Shown here: piece by piece, positions 62,001 to 64,000 of the stretch
Position numbering within the stretch: the first letter of the stretch is position 1
Layout of the letters: every line of letters starts with the position of its first letter
NCBI GenBank assembly: GCA_003344405.1
Contig: NOWV01000164.1
Coordinates: 62,001 to 126,000 of the forward strand
DNA from: Trichoplax sp. H2
Taxonomy: Eukaryota
Direction: 5' to 3'
DNA: 64,000 nt
Program-made: the position numbers and the translations under genes
The notes under the pieces: model-generated
Told to the model about the DNA's origin: nothing
The model's database searches: none
The model's input: only the letters and a program-made list of their open reading frames with translations

Positions 62001-64000
62001 AGGTACTAGCTTGACTTTAAAAATTGCCTTTATTTGATTATGACCCTTGATTTGAATGTACTAATATACCTTTTATATATGAAACACTTTAGAAAGAAGC
62101 TGTACAAAGTCGTGTTTATAAATCGTTAAAGTTATGGATGTTTTATGCAGACTTGGAAGAAAGCCTCGGAACGTTTGATGTATGCGTCTAATATTGTTGT
62201 ATCTTGTATGTATGATGCTTCCTGTAAACGTAATATCCTGATATATCTATCAATACGATAGTCTACGAAAGCTGTTTACAACAGGATCATTGATCTAAGG
62301 ATAGCCAATCCTCAAACTATTATAAACTTTGCAATGTTCTTGGAAGAAAATCATTATTTTGAAGAAGCTTTCAAGGTATGTCTATTGTACTGTAATCAAA
62401 TTTTAAATCTTTAACTGACCATTCACTATGAAATCACTATAATGAACAGGCTTATGAACGGGGTATTGCGTTATTTAACTGGCCTCACGTATATGACATT
62501 TGGTTGACGTACTTAAAAAAGTTTATAGCTCGCTATGTAAGGAATTATGAACTTTGCTATGTTTAACTAATATCAAACTAATTATGTATTAAGTATATCA
62601 ATTTTATATCTAATTTTTATGATAGGGCGGCAAAAAATTAGAACGATCAAGAGATTTATTTGAGAACGCTCTTGATAATTGTCCATCGAAATTTGCTAAA
62701 AGTATATCTTATATTTGACATTCGCTAAAAATTTACTTATCTAATGTATGTATAAAATTTGGCGTAACCTAATTGATATTAACGACAATTCCAGCGTTAT
62801 ACTTGCTATACGCAAAGTTAGAAGAAGAATATGGGCTAGCCCGCCATGCTATGGCTGTTTATGAACGAGCTGCAAGTGCTGTTTTACCAAATGAAAAATT
62901 TGAGGTTTGTACTAGCGGTAGACCATCATCTTGGAAAGGTCGTTACGGTTGTGATGTACGTATTTCTAAGTGTTTTTCTTTTTATTCTTTGTAGATGTTT
63001 AATATCTACATTAGCCGCGCAGCTGATGTATTTGGATTGCCATATACGCGCCAGATATATGAACGTGCAATTGAATCTCTGCCGGATGATAGTACTAGAG
63101 AAATGTGTATGCGTTTTGCGGATCTAGAGTCGAAGTTAGGCGAAATCGATCGGGCTAGAGCAATTTATGGCTATTGTTCGCAGCTTTGTGATCCGAGGGT
63201 AATTTTGTATATGTACTTTTGAACTGTTCTTTATTAGCGTAAAGCGTTAAGGTAAAATGAAATTTCTATCTTGTGTATGATGCAGAAAGAGGCATCATTC
63301 TGGAAAACTTGGCATGACTTTGAAGTACGTCATGGCAATGAAGATACCTTCCGTGAAATGCTACGCATTAAACGTAGCATACAGGCTAAATTTAACACTA
63401 AGGTATGTTTTGCTTGAATTACTAGATTAGAAAGAAATTGGAAGCTCTTAAAAATCTGTAGTAATAGAAATTTTAGTGGAAACCGCACAGGTAAATTTAT
63501 ACTATTCATTGTCCTAGATAAACTACATGACAGCCCAAATGCTTCCGGGATCAGAGTCTAGTGGAGGTATGTAATTTAAATTTTTGACACATTATACAAG
63601 TGTTGAGGTAATTAAATATTGCTTTCTATGTATAACAAAAAATAGCTGATCCAGGTAGTGACGATATGAAAAAACTTGAAGAACGTGCGAAAGCAATCAT
63701 TGAAGAAGCTAAACAAGATCAACCTAAAGTTGGTAAACGGGATATTTTATTTATCAGGTAAAATTTTATTAAATAATTCACAATGATCAATGCTTATGTG
63801 TACTGTAACAACCATGTTTTGTTAATAAAAAGATCGTCTAACTCACTCTTTCAATATTACTTTATTTTATAGGGGCGATACAACTCAGGAAGAATCAAAA
63901 GAGGCAGTTATGGCATCTAACCCGGAAGAAATTGATATAGACGATGACGATGATGATGATGATAATGATAATGATGTAGAAAAAGTGCCTGCACCCGGTA
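59015..64000 (+). CDS. XAB2: Pre-mRNA splicing factor SYF1 / XAB2 (HAT repeats); 3' end runs off the window
   Basis: More than 20 short GT-AG exons: MPVVVPSSKVQDMVL|EESDIAFEEEILRNPYSVKFWMRYIEHK...ERALKELPG|SYKLWYNYL, MPRLWIDYCQFL, LPITQHHRIWPLYLKF, LLRQNPHNVHEWHKRV, FADLESKLGEIDRARAIY, WHDFEVRHGNEDTFREMLRIKRS and NPEEIDIDDDDD. Confidence 0.97.

Overview
AT-rich, intron-dense eukaryotic DNA with short GT-AG introns and an animal-type gene set. A compact early-branching animal genome such as a placozoan (Trichoplax-like) is my inference, not something the sequence proves. From left to right the window holds: (1) the 3' end of TMEM94; (2) a tandem pair of SLCO/OATP transporter genes, the first apparently a pseudogene; (3) an apparently non-coding, spliced snoRNA host gene at ~17.4-20.45 kb carrying four intronic C/D-box snoRNAs, namely two SNORD15/U15 copies and two copies of a single RNA that combines the SNORD52-type and SNORD53-type guides; (4) a minus-strand TPR exon and a degenerate Roc-COR exon that splice signals suggest form one TPR-Roco gene; (5) ~19 kb with no long ORF but candidate micro-exons; (6) a 9-exon uncharacterised gene with a poly-Asp tract and an atypical long-spacer GATA-like zinc finger; (7) PIGK and XAB2/SYF1 transcribed divergently across a repeat-expanded intergenic region. 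All exon boundaries were read by eye and no database searches were run.
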